A stretch of 64,000 nt of DNA from Flavobacteriales bacterium (GTDB lineage Bacteria; Bacteroidota; Bacteroidia; UBA10329), in the NCBI GenBank assembly GCA_021741155.1, contig JAIOYP010000002.1:43551-107550 (forward strand). Reading direction: 5' to 3'. The position numbers and the translations under genes were made by a program. How positions within the stretch are numbered: position 1 is the stretch's first letter; every line of letters begins with the position of its first letter. The notes under the pieces were generated by a model. The model saw nothing but the letters and a program-made list of their open reading frames with translations. It had not been told where the DNA came from and made no database searches. Of the stretch, positions 1 to 9,882 are shown one piece after another.

Positions 1-243
1 GCATCTGGCCCAGCCTTGCCAGCAGTTTTCTTAAAAAGAAGTCCGAAAACTTCGCCCAAAGGCACATCATCTGCATCGGTATAAATACTGATGTCTTCTA
101 GCGCCAATATTTTCTGTGTGGTATAGGCAGCCATACGTTTGCCATCTACTATAGATTCTACCACTATACCAGTTTTCATCTGGCTAACCATTTTGAACAA
201 TCCCGGATAACCTCCGATTGCAAGAATTTTGCTTAAATCCATC
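1..243 (-). CDS. hypothetical protein, 5' part only (gene continues past the window start)
   Basis: The reverse strand carries an ATG (rc of cat at 241-243) followed by an open frame to the window edge (MDLSKILAIGGYPGLFKMVSQMKTGIVVESIV...). It is absent from the ORF track because it has no stop inside the window. No family recognised. Confidence 0.35.
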
Positions 244-362
244 TAAAAAAAAATTTGTCCAAAAGTAAGTATTCCACGCACGACCGTATTTGAGCTCTTT
301 CTGAATTATCAACACGGAACAATTTTCCTTTTAGCGGCACGGTTTTCCGTAGATTCGTTCAC

Positions 363-1157
363 ATGATTAATCGCGTCATTTTCGGAATCTTCATGCTGCT
401 CGGTTTTAGTGCTACAGCACAAGAACTCAAACTCACCAATACCATTAAAGGCGAGTTTGATTTCATGACCACCGACCACATCGGAAGGCTTTATCTGGCC
501 AAGGGCCACGAACTTTTTGTGTATTACGATGATGGTAAGCTCAAATATCAATACAGTGATTTGAGTCGTGGCGTTATCACCCATCTCGACACGCGCAATC
601 CAATGAAATTGCTGCTTTTCTACCCTGGTTACGGGCAGATTGCACTTCTTGACAACACCCTCAGCAGAACGCGTGACAATATCAACCTCAGCGATTTTGG
701 ATTGGAGTTGGCAACATTAGCATGCGCATCCTACGATAATGGTTTTTGGGTGTACGACCCTGTAAGTTTCCAATTGCTGCGCTACGATCAGGGATTAAAA
801 ATCACCAACGAAATCTCCAATATCAATCAATTGGTGGGAGCTGAAATTAACCCAAATCAGATGGTTGAGTTTGAGAATAGCCTATATCTGAATGACGCTA
901 ACCACGGTGTCTTTGTCTTCGACTCGTTCGGAACCTACTCTAAGCTTATTCCAATTAAAGGCGCTGAGCGCATTCAAGTGCGCGAAAATGGTGTGTTCTT
1001 AGAATATGAGAACAAACTGATTAAATACGACCCGATGAATTTTGAGCAGGCGGAGATTACCCTTCCCGTTAAGGAATTCAAAGCGTTGAGCATCGAAAAA
1101 AAGAGCCTTTACGTTCTACAGAAAGGCCAAGTGCTCGTATTCTCTCTCGACAAATAA
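363..1157 (+). CDS. secreted hypothetical protein (N-terminal signal peptide)
   Basis: 264-aa ORF. The N-terminus MINRVIFGIFMLLGFSATAQ is a typical Sec signal peptide. No recognisable catalytic motif. Confidence 0.55.
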   Translation: MINRVIFGIFMLLGFSATAQELKLTNTIKGEFDFMTTDHIGRLYLAKGHELFVYYDDGKLKYQYSDLSRGVITHLDTRNPMKLLLFYPGYGQIALLDNTLSRTRDNINLSDFGLELATLACASYDNGFWVYDPVSFQLLRYDQGLKITNEISNINQLVGAEINPNQMVEFENSLYLNDANHGVFVFDSFGTYSKLIPIKGAERIQVRENGVFLEYENKLIKYDPMNFEQAEITLPVKEFKALSIEKKSLYVLQKGQVLVFSLDK

Positions 1158-1234
1158 AATTCAACCAAACTAAATGGCGCAACCACCCACTTTCGGTTTG
1201 GGTTCGTACTTTCAATTACTATTTTTGACCGTCC

Positions 1235-1861
1235 ATGTCACAACCAAAACACATAGCAGTAGCCGGGAATATCGGAGCAGGAAAAACCACTCTCACCGGA
1301 CTACTTTCTAAACATTACAAGTGGGACGCCCAGTACGAGGCTGCGGACGAGAATCCGTACCTAAACGATTTCTACGAGGAAATGCAGCGTTGGTCTTTCA
1401 ACCTGCAAGTTTATTTCCTCAACTCCCGTTTCAGACAGGTGATGGAGATTAAGAACGGCAGCAAAACCGTTATTCAAGACCGAACCATTTTTGAGGATGC
1501 ACACATCTTTGCGCCCAACCTTCACGCCATGGGGCTGATGACTAGCCGCGATTTTGACAACTATCAGTCGCTGTTTCAGTTGATGAATGAGTTTGTAGCA
1601 CCACCAGATTTGATGATTTATCTGCGCGCTTCCATTCCAACCTTGGTAAATCAAATTCAAAAGCGCGGACGCGCCTACGAAGAGACTATCCGATTGGATT
1701 ACCTGAAAAGATTGAACGAGCGTTACGAAGCGTGGATTAGTACCTACGACAAAGGCAAGCTTCTTATTATTGAAGTGGACGAGAACAACTTCTCCGAAAA
1801 CCCTGAAGACCTCGGAAAAATCATTACCCGAATTGATGCCGAAATAAACGGCCTGTTTTAA
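1235..1861 (+). CDS. deoxynucleoside kinase (dAK/dGK/dCK family)
   Basis: 208 aa. It has the P-loop AVAGNIGAGKTT and is colinear with the deoxyadenosine/deoxyguanosine kinase family, including the DRxxFEDAHIFA and LID-region motifs. Confidence 0.8.
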   Translation: MSQPKHIAVAGNIGAGKTTLTGLLSKHYKWDAQYEAADENPYLNDFYEEMQRWSFNLQVYFLNSRFRQVMEIKNGSKTVIQDRTIFEDAHIFAPNLHAMGLMTSRDFDNYQSLFQLMNEFVAPPDLMIYLRASIPTLVNQIQKRGRAYEETIRLDYLKRLNERYEAWISTYDKGKLLIIEVDENNFSENPEDLGKIITRIDAEINGLF

Positions 1862-1871
1862 ACAAAGAGAC

Positions 1872-1900
1872 ATAGTAACAAGGGGCCATGTCCCTTTGTT
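1872..1900. terminator. hairpin between the convergent dNK and S8 peptidase genes (candidate bidirectional terminator)
   Basis: An imperfect 8-9-bp stem (aacaagggg / cccctttgtt) between the two stop codons. Confidence 0.35.
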
Positions 1901-3725
1901 ATCGAATCATCAGCTTAACTGTTTCCTGCAATTTCTCTCCCTCCATTCTTAGGGCATACATTCCTGCGCTCAATCCGCTGTGCATTACGTTCACAGTCCC
2001 GTTGGCATTTCCTGTTCGCACCATGCGGCCATTAATGTCAAACAATTGCCAAGCAACCTGCGTGTTATCAGAAGTTCGGATGATGTATTTATCAGCATGT
2101 GTTTCAACCAACACGTTCCTATCAGCAGCAAGCTCACCAACGGCAGAAGCGCCATAGGTAACAGCATGAAAGGCATTAATACGTCCATAACCCAACTCTT
2201 TAGACCAACTTCCCGCTTCCTTCCAAGTTGAATAAGCGTAGCCTCCCACCTTCTCACTGGTTGAACTGAGAACTTTTCGAGCCAACCATTCTGGTAAACT
2301 TGGCGTGTGCGAAAGAATCAATCCCATCGTTCCTGCTGCGTTTGGGCATGCTGCGGATGTTCCGTTAAAACTGTTGTAATACTCCGTTGAATGAAACCCA
2401 TTCGTGCCCAACATATCAATGGTGGCGATTCTAACCCCAGGTGCACTCACGTCCAAACCTTCGCCCCAATTACCAGCCCACCAGCTTTCGCCATCGCATG
2501 AAGTCTGCGTTTTGTGTTCGTCACACATACTTGTGGCTCCCACAGCAATGGTTGGTGCATAACGCGCTGGCCAAATTGGAATCGTATCCGTTACGCCATC
2601 ATTTCCGCTCGAAAACAGCATAGGAACTCCTAATCCGCCTCTGCCTTGCTCAATAGCATCATCAATCACCGCATTCACAAGTGTATCTCCTCCCGGAAAA
2701 AGCGCCAACAGAAAATCAGGCACACCCCATGAGTTTGACGCCACATCTGCTTCTGCCACCTGCCACATCCAACTCAATCCATTAATAAACACATCTGTTG
2801 TAGACCAAGGCTGAACCTCGCCAACAAGCAACTGATATTCAAACACACGAATTGGAATAACCCGACAGTCTTGGCACACACCTGCAACGCCCAAATTGTT
2901 GTTCGTAGTGGCTGCCGCAATTCCTGCACAAGAAGTTCCGTGTCCATCACTATCATAATTCGGAATCGGATAACCGTTCGTACCTGCATCAAAAGCATCA
3001 AAGCCTGGTAACAGTTTTCCCAACAATTCTGGATGAAGCGTATCAACCCCGCTATCAATAATGGCAATCTTAATGTTCGGACTTCCCGTGGTAATGGCCC
3101 AAGCCGCTTCCACATCCATATCGGCCCCAATCGTACCATTTCCTTGTTGACTTGAGCCAGTGTTCTGTAGATTCCACTGAAGATTATAGCGCGGATCATC
3201 TACCGAACAATCGCTTACCGTGTGCATCAGGTTCGGACTCACAATGGAGAACAACCCTGTAGCCTTAAAGTGATTGACCGCCTCAATGGCATCCATCCCA
3301 AACTTATTGGATTTCAACTCAATCATATCAGCATTAAAGCGGTTGGCGCCCAACACCTCCACTCCTATCTTCTTTGCCTCGCGCTCCACCAATTCGAGGT
3401 CATTCAAGCTCTTCAGCTTCACAAAAAACGTTGACTGATAGGTTACAAACTGCTTCTTATCAGTCATAAAAACAGGCGAAATGTATTCGACCTGTGCATC
3501 ACTACGCAATGCATTTGCAGCAACCTCCGCATTCGGAATAAAAACCACATCGCGACTTCCGAATTGCGTCACAGCATTCTTATCAATTCCATGCTTCTCA
3601 AGCACGTTGATCTGTTCCGATTTAGAAACTCCTTTATAAAAGAAGACAGCCGTGTGAGTTTCCGTAAGTTCATTCTGAGCAAAGGAGAAAAATGGCAAAA
3701 GGAGAAAAAGTAAAATGTTTCGCAT
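1899..3725 (-). CDS. subtilisin-family (S8) serine peptidase with a T9SS type-A C-terminal sorting domain
   Basis: The catalytic triad motifs are present in order: IIDSGVD (Asp), HGTSCAGI (His) and GTSAACPNAAG (Ser). The signal peptide is MRNILLFLLLPFFSFAQ (the start is taken at this internal Met; the track ORF runs to 3788). The C-terminal ~80 aa resemble a Por/T9SS CTD (YALRMEGEKLQETVKLMIR). Confidence 0.85.
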   Translation of the reverse strand: MRNILLFLLLPFFSFAQNELTETHTAVFFYKGVSKSEQINVLEKHGIDKNAVTQFGSRDVVFIPNAEVAANALRSDAQVEYISPVFMTDKKQFVTYQSTFFVKLKSLNDLELVEREAKKIGVEVLGANRFNADMIELKSNKFGMDAIEAVNHFKATGLFSIVSPNLMHTVSDCSVDDPRYNLQWNLQNTGSSQQGNGTIGADMDVEAAWAITTGSPNIKIAIIDSGVDTLHPELLGKLLPGFDAFDAGTNGYPIPNYDSDGHGTSCAGIAAATTNNNLGVAGVCQDCRVIPIRVFEYQLLVGEVQPWSTTDVFINGLSWMWQVAEADVASNSWGVPDFLLALFPGGDTLVNAVIDDAIEQGRGGLGVPMLFSSGNDGVTDTIPIWPARYAPTIAVGATSMCDEHKTQTSCDGESWWAGNWGEGLDVSAPGVRIATIDMLGTNGFHSTEYYNSFNGTSAACPNAAGTMGLILSHTPSLPEWLARKVLSSTSEKVGGYAYSTWKEAGSWSKELGYGRINAFHAVTYGASAVGELAADRNVLVETHADKYIIRTSDNTQVAWQLFDINGRMVRTGNANGTVNVMHSGLSAGMYALRMEGEKLQETVKLMIR

Positions 3726-3792
3726 GAGGTATGTTTTTGTGATTCGAAAGTAAACAATCCCACATCCATACAATGCTTCTCTCCTCAATCGT

Positions 3793-3815
3793 AGAGACGC
3801 GAATTATCGCGTCTC
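3793..3815. promoter_or_regulatory. perfect 9-bp-stem palindrome immediately upstream of the S8 peptidase start (candidate operator)
   Basis: The sequence gagacgcga-atta-tcgcgtctc was read directly. Confidence 0.25.
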
Positions 3816-4050
3816 CGCAGCACGTGACAAAACGCGACTATAGTCAGCTAGGCACGGTAGTGTTTTGGTCGTGCAGCCTCGAAGGAGGCGCAATCACTCA
3901 ACACGGAGTGCAGCCCCGTGATTCTATGCCCTGCACCAAACCAAGCCCTGAAAGGGCGGAACACATAAACGAGGGGCATCGCCCTTCGCTTATGGCGGTA
4001 TGTGTCGGTAGCCTTGAAGGTGATTGCCTAGCAAATGGCTGGGGGCTTTA

Positions 4051-4198
4051 TTGGCTATAGAAAACAGACCCTTCGTTCCTCAGGGAAGCAAGTAGCGGGC
4101 TCCGCAGCCATCCGTTTGTTTCCCTGAGGAACGAAGGGTCTCTCATTTATTTAGTGAATCACAACTTTTGGGGCTGATTGCCACTTTCTAGGAAATCA
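4051..4198. mobile_element. MITE-like element, copy 1 (148 bp; 19-bp TIRs, internal 21-bp hairpin, imperfect ~10-bp flanking duplication)
   Basis: The TIRs are tgattgcctagcaaatggc and gccactttctaggaaatca. The internal stem is cagacccttcgttcctcaggg ... ccctgaggaacgaagggtctc. The flanks are gccttgaagg and gccttgaaagg. It is about 85-90 % identical to the copy at 8699-8872. Confidence 0.7.
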
Positions 4199-4367
4199 CC
4201 GCCTTGAAAGGGCGATATAGTACTCTGTGGATTTTTGGATGTCGTGTACGTCAATAGCCATCGCGTTCAGATATATACAGTCGTCAACTTTTTGAAAGTT
4301 TGACGGCTGTGAGCATAAACAAGCGGGATTATCCTCTTTTAGCTTCAATTACGACTTAAACCTAGCG

Positions 4368-4472
4368 AGAGGAAGGTTCCTCGGTGCATTGAGAAGGTTC
4401 CTCGGTGGACGGAGAACAATCCTCGGTGCACGGAGAAGGTTCCGTTATGCACGCAGAAGGTTTCTGCACGGA
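4368..4472. repeat. tandem array, 5 x 21 bp (consensus cggagaaggttcctcggtgca), 3' of nadB
   Basis: The units begin at 4368, 4389, 4410, 4431 and 4452, all read directly. Confidence 0.8.
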
Positions 4473-4531
4473 GCATTTCAGCTCTCCCGTGTAGGGTTCA
4501 GAAGGGATTGTTTGAATCTAAAAGCAGACCC

Positions 4532-6055
4532 CTATTCGAGGTCGGAACGGTAAAATCCGCCTACGTTTTTCTTCCTATTTAATGATTGGGTAACGATAAG
4601 CTCTGCCACGATGAGCAGATTTCTGAGCTCCATAAAACCCGTTCCATCCGAAGCGCTGACGGCTCCAAGTACGCTAGACATTCTCTTTATTTCTTGCAGC
4701 GCGTGCTTGAGGCCGAGCTCCGTGCGAATAATGCCCACATGGGTATCCATCAATTCACCCAAATTCTTACGCAATGCGCGCACATCAACCCCTGCGTTAT
4801 GCAGAGATGGAAGCCGCATACTTTCATCGGTAGTGTCGACTACAGCAATATGCTCCGTGGCTAAAAAACAGCGGTGCGCCATTACCAACGCTTCAAGCAG
4901 CGAATTGGATGCCAATCTATTGGCGCCATGCAGCCCCGTGTTGGCACATTCGCCAATGGCATAAAGCCTGCTAATGTTGGTATTTCCATCAAGATCGGTA
5001 TCAATGCCTCCACAACAATAATGAGCCGATGGCCGCACAGGAATGTTGTCTGTTTGAATGGCCAGACCCAACGCTGCACACTTTTGGGAAATAGTAGGAA
5101 AATGCGAACTCAATTCGTTCGGGTCAATCCAGCTGCAATCAAGAAGCACGTGGTCTGATTGTGTTTTCTGCATTTCGTTGAACACGGCTCGCGAAACCAC
5201 ATCACGCGGAGCGAGGTCTGCTTGCTCATCGTAGCTTTTCATGAAATACTCTCCTGCGGTGTTCAACAAGCGCGCACCTGCACCCCGAATGGCTTCAGAA
5301 ATCAAGAACGGCTCTGTCATTTTAGGGTGATAAAGAGCCGTTGGATGAAATTGAATGAACTCCATGTTGCTGATATTCACACCTGCCTGGTGCGCCATGG
5401 CTAGACCATCGCCTGTGGCAATGGATGGGTTGGTGGTAAAACCATAGACCTGCCCACTGCCGCCCGTGGCCAATACCGTTACCGAACTGAGAACCGAATA
5501 ATCGTTTCCGTCAGAATCAATCACCCGTGCGCCTATGCAAACACCATCAGCCATCACGAGGTCATAGGCCATGTGTCCGCTCACAAAATGAACATTCGGC
5601 AGTCCTTGCACCTTTCTCAGCAGTACTTCTGCCAGTTCTAAACCCGTTTGGTCTCCTTTATGAACAACACGGTTTTCGACATGACCGCCCTCACGCCCCA
5701 ACAAGAGTTTGCCATTTTGAGCATCAAACCTCACGCCCCAATCAATTACTTCTTGCACACGTTCGGGGCCTTCGCCAATAATGGTGCGCACCACTTGCTC
5801 ATCGCACAGGCCGTCTCCAGCCTTGAGGGTGTCGTTCACATGCTTTTGAAAGCTGTCTGTTTGCGTATCTGTAACCACGGCAATTCCGCCTTGGGCCATG
5901 CGTGTGTTTGACATGAGTTCTGCACACTTGTTGAGTACAACTACACGTCTTTCTGGAAAAGCTGTTGCCACTTTAATGGCATAGGTCAGCCCAGCCACAC
6001 CAGCGCCAACAACCAAGTAATCTGCCCTCAAGGTTTTGGTTTGTAATCCAAGCAA
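4532..6055 (-). CDS. nadB: L-aspartate oxidase
   Basis: 507 aa. It has an N-terminal FAD-binding motif [12 protein letters not shown] and is of the succinate-DH / fumarate-reductase flavoprotein family, at NadB length. It overlaps nadA by 28 nt in a nadA-nadB operon. Confidence 0.85.
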   Translation of the reverse strand: MLGLQTKTLRADYLVVGAGVAGLTYAIKVATAFPERRVVVLNKCAELMSNTRMAQGGIAVVTDTQTDSFQKHVNDTLKAGDGLCDEQVVRTIIGEGPERVQEVIDWGVRFDAQNGKLLLGREGGHVENRVVHKGDQTGLELAEVLLRKVQGLPNVHFVSGHMAYDLVMADGVCIGARVIDSDGNDYSVLSSVTVLATGGSGQVYGFTTNPSIATGDGLAMAHQAGVNISNMEFIQFHPTALYHPKMTEPFLISEAIRGAGARLLNTAGEYFMKSYDEQADLAPRDVVSRAVFNEMQKTQSDHVLLDCSWIDPNELSSHFPTISQKCAALGLAIQTDNIPVRPSAHYCCGGIDTDLDGNTNISRLYAIGECANTGLHGANRLASNSLLEALVMAHRCFLATEHIAVVDTTDESMRLPSLHNAGVDVRALRKNLGELMDTHVGIIRTELGLKHALQEIKRMSSVLGAVSASDGTGFMELRNLLIVAELIVTQSLNRKKNVGGFYRSDLE

Positions 6056-6999
6056 CGTAGCATTGGAATTAAGGCGCGTTTTCTCATTTCCTCATCGAGG
6101 ATAATCTCTGGTTTGTTGTTTTTCAAACAGAGATAGAGCTTTTGCATCGTGTTCATTTTCATGTAGCCACATTCGCTGCACGCGCAGGTATTGTCTGCTA
6201 CAGAAGGTGCAGGAATTAGGGTTTTATGAAGCACGTCCTGCTTCATTCTATGCAGAATTCCCGCTTCGGTGGCCACAATGAATTGGTCGTTCGGGCTGTC
6301 GTTCACATACCGAATCATGGCGGCTGTAGAACCGATAAACGAGGCCGTTTTCAGCACGTGTGCTTCACTTTCTGGATGCGCAATGATGTCGGCATTCGGA
6401 AATTCCTTGTGCAAATCCAACAGTTTATCGATGGAAAATGCTTCGTGCACCATGCAGGCACCTTCCCACAACACCAAATCTCGCCCTGTTTTATCGGCCA
6501 AATAAGCACCCAAGTTCTTGTCGGGTGCAAAAATGATGGGCTGCTCTTTTGGAATGCTATTGATAATCTGCTCGGCATTGGATGACGTGCAGATGATGTC
6601 GCTCATCGCCTTTATTTCGATGGAGCAATTGATGTAGCTGATAACGATATGATTGGGATGTGCATCTAAAAACGCACGGAATTCCGTTGGCGGACAGCTA
6701 TCAGAAAGCGAACATCCAGCCTTCATATCGGGCAACAAAACCGTTTTAGTTGGATTGAGAATCTTGGCAGTTTCGGCCATAAAAAGCACTCCAGCAAATA
6801 CAATTACATCGGCATTTGTGGTGGCGGCCCATCGCGCCAACTCCAAACTATCGCCCACGTAATCGGCAATATCCTGAATGGCGGGCTCCTGATAATAGTG
6901 CGCTAGAATAACCGCATTGCGCTCTTTTCGTAGCGCGTTAATCTTCTCGCTCAGCGAAGTGTTAATCACTGTTTTCTCAATCGTATTCATTGGCCGCAA
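6028..6999 (-). CDS. nadA: quinolinate synthase
   Basis: 323 aa. It is colinear with NadA (AHYYQ near the N-terminus and three conserved Cys-containing segments) and sits directly upstream of nadB. Confidence 0.85.
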   Translation of the reverse strand: MRPMNTIEKTVINTSLSEKINALRKERNAVILAHYYQEPAIQDIADYVGDSLELARWAATTNADVIVFAGVLFMAETAKILNPTKTVLLPDMKAGCSLSDSCPPTEFRAFLDAHPNHIVISYINCSIEIKAMSDIICTSSNAEQIINSIPKEQPIIFAPDKNLGAYLADKTGRDLVLWEGACMVHEAFSIDKLLDLHKEFPNADIIAHPESEAHVLKTASFIGSTAAMIRYVNDSPNDQFIVATEAGILHRMKQDVLHKTLIPAPSVADNTCACSECGYMKMNTMQKLYLCLKNNKPEIILDEEMRKRALIPMLRCLDYKPKP

Positions 7000-7120
7000 A
7001 GATTACAACAGATACCACGTGGAAAAATGCCAGTTGTCATTTTTTAGAGATTCTCATTAATGCATATCTGTATGTGTTCCCAAACATCCAGTCCAATTAC
7101 AAATCGGACATGAAAAGGCC

Positions 7121-7204
7121 ACAGATGCACGGATTTCCACTGATTTTCCACAGATAAAAGTAAGTCCATCAGAGAAATCAGTGGAAATCCGTGCATCTGT
7201 GGCT
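7121..7204. terminator. perfect 27-bp-arm inverted repeat between ctaA (3' end) and nadA (5' end)
   Basis: The arms are ccacagatgcacggatttccactgatt ... aatcagtggaaatccgtgcatctgtgg. A related palindrome occurs at 35258-35335. Confidence 0.5.
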
Positions 7205-7270
7205 AAAAACATGTTCTTATTACGTTTCTCAAAACTGACCATTTGGGGAAAGTGGTGGATATGCATTTCC

Positions 7271-8293
7271 TCATTTCTTCATTGGAAGCGCGTGCATCAG
7301 CACCACGCTGCCCGAAAGCAACACCAACGCCCCAAACTGATGAATTACGCCCAATGAAACGGGCACCAGATAAAGCAACGTAAATACACCAAGTGTGAAT
7401 TGTATCAGCACCATTACAACCAAAAGTTGAATGATTTTGTTCTGATAACGGCTCAACGCTTCCTTTCGTGCTGCAAACCACAGATAGCCAACCAATAACA
7501 CCACCACATAGGCAAACGTGCGATGCACGAATTGCACCGAAACAATTTGCGAGAATAGGCTCGAAATACCCCCGCTCTGCAAATCATTCATAACGCTGCT
7601 CGGAATCCAATCGGCACCCATTTTGGGCCAAGATGGGAAGACCAAACCAGCTTTGAGGCCTGCTACAAATGCTCCGAAAATAATCTGTAATGAAACCACC
7701 GCCACCAACACACGTGCAAGAATAGCGGTGCGTTTTGAAGCTAAATCTTGACTCTTGGGCATGTAAATCGAAAGAATGACCCACAGAATGTAGCAGAACG
7801 TGAGGAAGGCCGCACTGAGGTGAATGGCCAGTCGATAATGACTCACACTCGGCCGATCAACCAATCCGCTTTTCACCATAAACCAACCCAAAAAGCCCTG
7901 CAACGCTCCGAGCCCAAACAGCGCAAGGCTCTGAAAAATCAGCTTGCGGTCCATACTTTTTCTCACAAGAAAAATGATGAATGGAATGATGAAGACCATG
8001 CCAATCATCCGACCAATCAAACGGTGCAGATATTCCCAAAAGAAGATGGATTTGAACTCAGAAAGCGTAAAGTGGCTATTCACTTTCTGATATTCTGGAA
8101 ACTGCTGATATTGCTCAAATACTTCATTCCAATCCGCATCATTCAATGGCGGAATGGTTCCCATTATCAGTTTCCATTCGGTGATGGAAAGCCCCGAATG
8201 TGTTAGTCGGGTAATGCCCCCGATAAGCACCATTCCCGCAACCATGATGGCACCTGCGGCCAACCAAAGTATAATCCACTTCCTATCTCTCAC
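7271..8293 (-). CDS. ctaA: heme A synthase (COX15/CtaA family)
   Basis: 340-aa polytopic membrane protein with His-containing TM segments (HRLIGRMIG, HQFGALVLL), colinear with COX15/CtaA. Confidence 0.75.
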   Translation of the reverse strand: MRDRKWIILWLAAGAIMVAGMVLIGGITRLTHSGLSITEWKLIMGTIPPLNDADWNEVFEQYQQFPEYQKVNSHFTLSEFKSIFFWEYLHRLIGRMIGMVFIIPFIIFLVRKSMDRKLIFQSLALFGLGALQGFLGWFMVKSGLVDRPSVSHYRLAIHLSAAFLTFCYILWVILSIYMPKSQDLASKRTAILARVLVAVVSLQIIFGAFVAGLKAGLVFPSWPKMGADWIPSSVMNDLQSGGISSLFSQIVSVQFVHRTFAYVVVLLVGYLWFAARKEALSRYQNKIIQLLVVMVLIQFTLGVFTLLYLVPVSLGVIHQFGALVLLSGSVVLMHALPMKK

Positions 8294-8395
8294 AGGCGCA
8301 AAAGTAGGACTATACTGGATGATGATGAAATATGACGCGAATCATCCTTAATTGGTCGAAAAAATGACGAATATAGCACGACAAAAAATCACGAA

Positions 8396-8695
8396 ATGAA
8401 AAGTCTCAGTAATACCTTTTTAGTTGCTCTCGGTCTTCTGTTAACCGTGGCATTTAGCAGCTGCGAAAAGTGCTACGATTGCACCTTGAAATGCGGCACC
8501 TGCACCAACGGAACGGTAACAGTGGCTGGATGCCAAGGCGACTCCATCCTTCAGGGTCAATCAGTTGACGCTTGGAAGGCATACTTTGAGTCACAAGGAT
8601 ATTCTTGTGCTTACAACAACACAACGCAAGAAGCCTGCGGCAAGGAAAACAAAGACGAGCTTTCGGATTTGCACTACGAATGCCTGACCAACTAA
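8396..8695 (+). CDS. small Cys-rich lipoprotein, hypothetical
   Basis: 99 aa with a lipobox LTVAFSSC and then about ten Cys residues. Its stop codon lies inside the target-site duplication of MITE copy 2. Confidence 0.5.
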   Translation: MKSLSNTFLVALGLLLTVAFSSCEKCYDCTLKCGTCTNGTVTVAGCQGDSILQGQSVDAWKAYFESQGYSCAYNNTTQEACGKENKDELSDLHYECLTN

Positions 8696-8698
8696 GGT

Positions 8699-8872
8699 GA
8701 ATTGCCTAGCAAATGGCTCAGTGCCTAATTGCTATAGAAAACAGACCCTTCGTTCCTCAGGGAAACAAACGGATATGGAAGAGCCAGCTAGTTGCTTCCC
8801 TGAGGAACGAAGGGTCTCACATCTGTTCCGTGAGCAATACTTTGAGGCTGATTGCCACTTTCTAGGCAATTC
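8699..8872. mobile_element. MITE-like element, copy 2 (174 bp) with a perfect 10-bp TSD, caactaaggt
   Basis: The TIRs are gaattgcctagcaaatggc (8699-8717) and gccactttctaggcaattc (8854-8872). The internal 21-bp hairpin is the same as in copy 1. The direct repeat caactaaggt lies at 8689-8698 and again at 8873-8882. Confidence 0.8.
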
Positions 8873-8979
8873 CAACTAAGGTCAGAGTTTGTCATAATTA
8901 TGATATACGTCATAAACTGGCGTATGCGCTGCGAGTAATTTCAAAGGCTCAATCTGTTTCTCACACAATTTCAAGAACG

Positions 8980-9876
8980 GTGCAGCCTCTGATATTTGAC
9001 ATACAGCGTTTTTCCATTCACGATGGAGCAGGAATTCGTAGTGTTGTGTTCTTTAAAGGATGCAACCTCAATTGTCCGTGGTGTCAAAATCCCGAGTCAA
9101 TGGATCATCGGCCTGAGATTGCCTTTTATGCTGAAAAATGCACGAAGAATGCCGATTGCGTTGAGGTTTGTCCTGTAAATGCCATCATCATTGGTTCCAA
9201 AACACACATAGACCGCGAACTGTGCAATCGCTGCGGCAAATGCACCGAAGCGTGTGTTACTGGTGCGTTAAAAAAGATTGGAAACGTCTATTCGGTTGAT
9301 GAAGTGATGCACCAATTGCTCAAAGACAAACCTTACTACGAAACATCGGGCGGTGGTGTAACTTTTTCGGGCGGAGAACCGAGCCTGCATGCAGACTTCA
9401 TTCTTGAAGTGCTGAAAGAATGCAAGAAGCATGATATTCACACGAATATCGAAACCAACGGTTACTTCAACTGGGAAAAATTCAAACCACTTCTCCCGTA
9501 TTTAGATCAGATATACTTCGATTTGAAAATTGTTGATCAGAAACGGAACAAAGATCTGCTAGGTGGCGATAGCCAACGCATTCTATCCAACATGGATCTT
9601 TTAATTGAGCACAACGCTCCAGTCGAATTCCGTATTCCGCTTATTCCAGGTCATACCACAGATGATGAGAACCTGAAATCGTTGGTCAGGGTGCTGAAGG
9701 AGAAAGGAATTTCAAAGATTCATCTTTTGCCATACCACAGCATGGGCGAAGCAAAAGCAGAACGCATTTGCAGTCCGCTCATTGATTTGAACCAAAAACC
9801 ATTCGATACAGAACAATTGAATGGCTTTCAACACATGTTTGAAAGCGAACACATTGAAACAGAACTTTATAGATAG
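8980..9876 (+). CDS. glycyl-radical-enzyme activating enzyme (radical SAM, with two extra ferredoxin-like clusters)
   Basis: It has an N-terminal CNLNCPWC (C-x3-C-x2-C) motif and the typical IHDGAGIRSVVFFKGC segment. Two further Cys clusters follow (CTKNADCVEVCP and CNRCGKCTEAC), as in non-PFL GRE activases. There is a 6-nt gap to the GRE gene. The start codon is probably GTG. Confidence 0.85.
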   Translation: MQPLIFDIQRFSIHDGAGIRSVVFFKGCNLNCPWCQNPESMDHRPEIAFYAEKCTKNADCVEVCPVNAIIIGSKTHIDRELCNRCGKCTEACVTGALKKIGNVYSVDEVMHQLLKDKPYYETSGGGVTFSGGEPSLHADFILEVLKECKKHDIHTNIETNGYFNWEKFKPLLPYLDQIYFDLKIVDQKRNKDLLGGDSQRILSNMDLLIEHNAPVEFRIPLIPGHTTDDENLKSLVRVLKEKGISKIHLLPYHSMGEAKAERICSPLIDLNQKPFDTEQLNGFQHMFESEHIETELYR

Positions 9877-9882
9877 AACGTC

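Noticed and set aside
1361-1873. A 170-aa minus-strand ORF.
   Set aside because: It lies fully antisense to the well-supported deoxynucleoside kinase gene and has no recognisable domain.
4163-4185. The sequence ggggctgattgcc resembles the 5' end of tmRNA (GGGGCUGAUUC...).
   Set aside because: The same sequence recurs in the second MITE copy (8841-8860) as part of the element terminus. There is no tRNA-like 3' domain or tag reading frame nearby.
3940-4530. A long non-coding stretch considered as a possible structured RNA (RNase P, SRP or 6S).
   Set aside because: No conserved core motifs of those RNAs were found. The content is explained by the MITE, the 21-bp tandem array and flanking palindromes.
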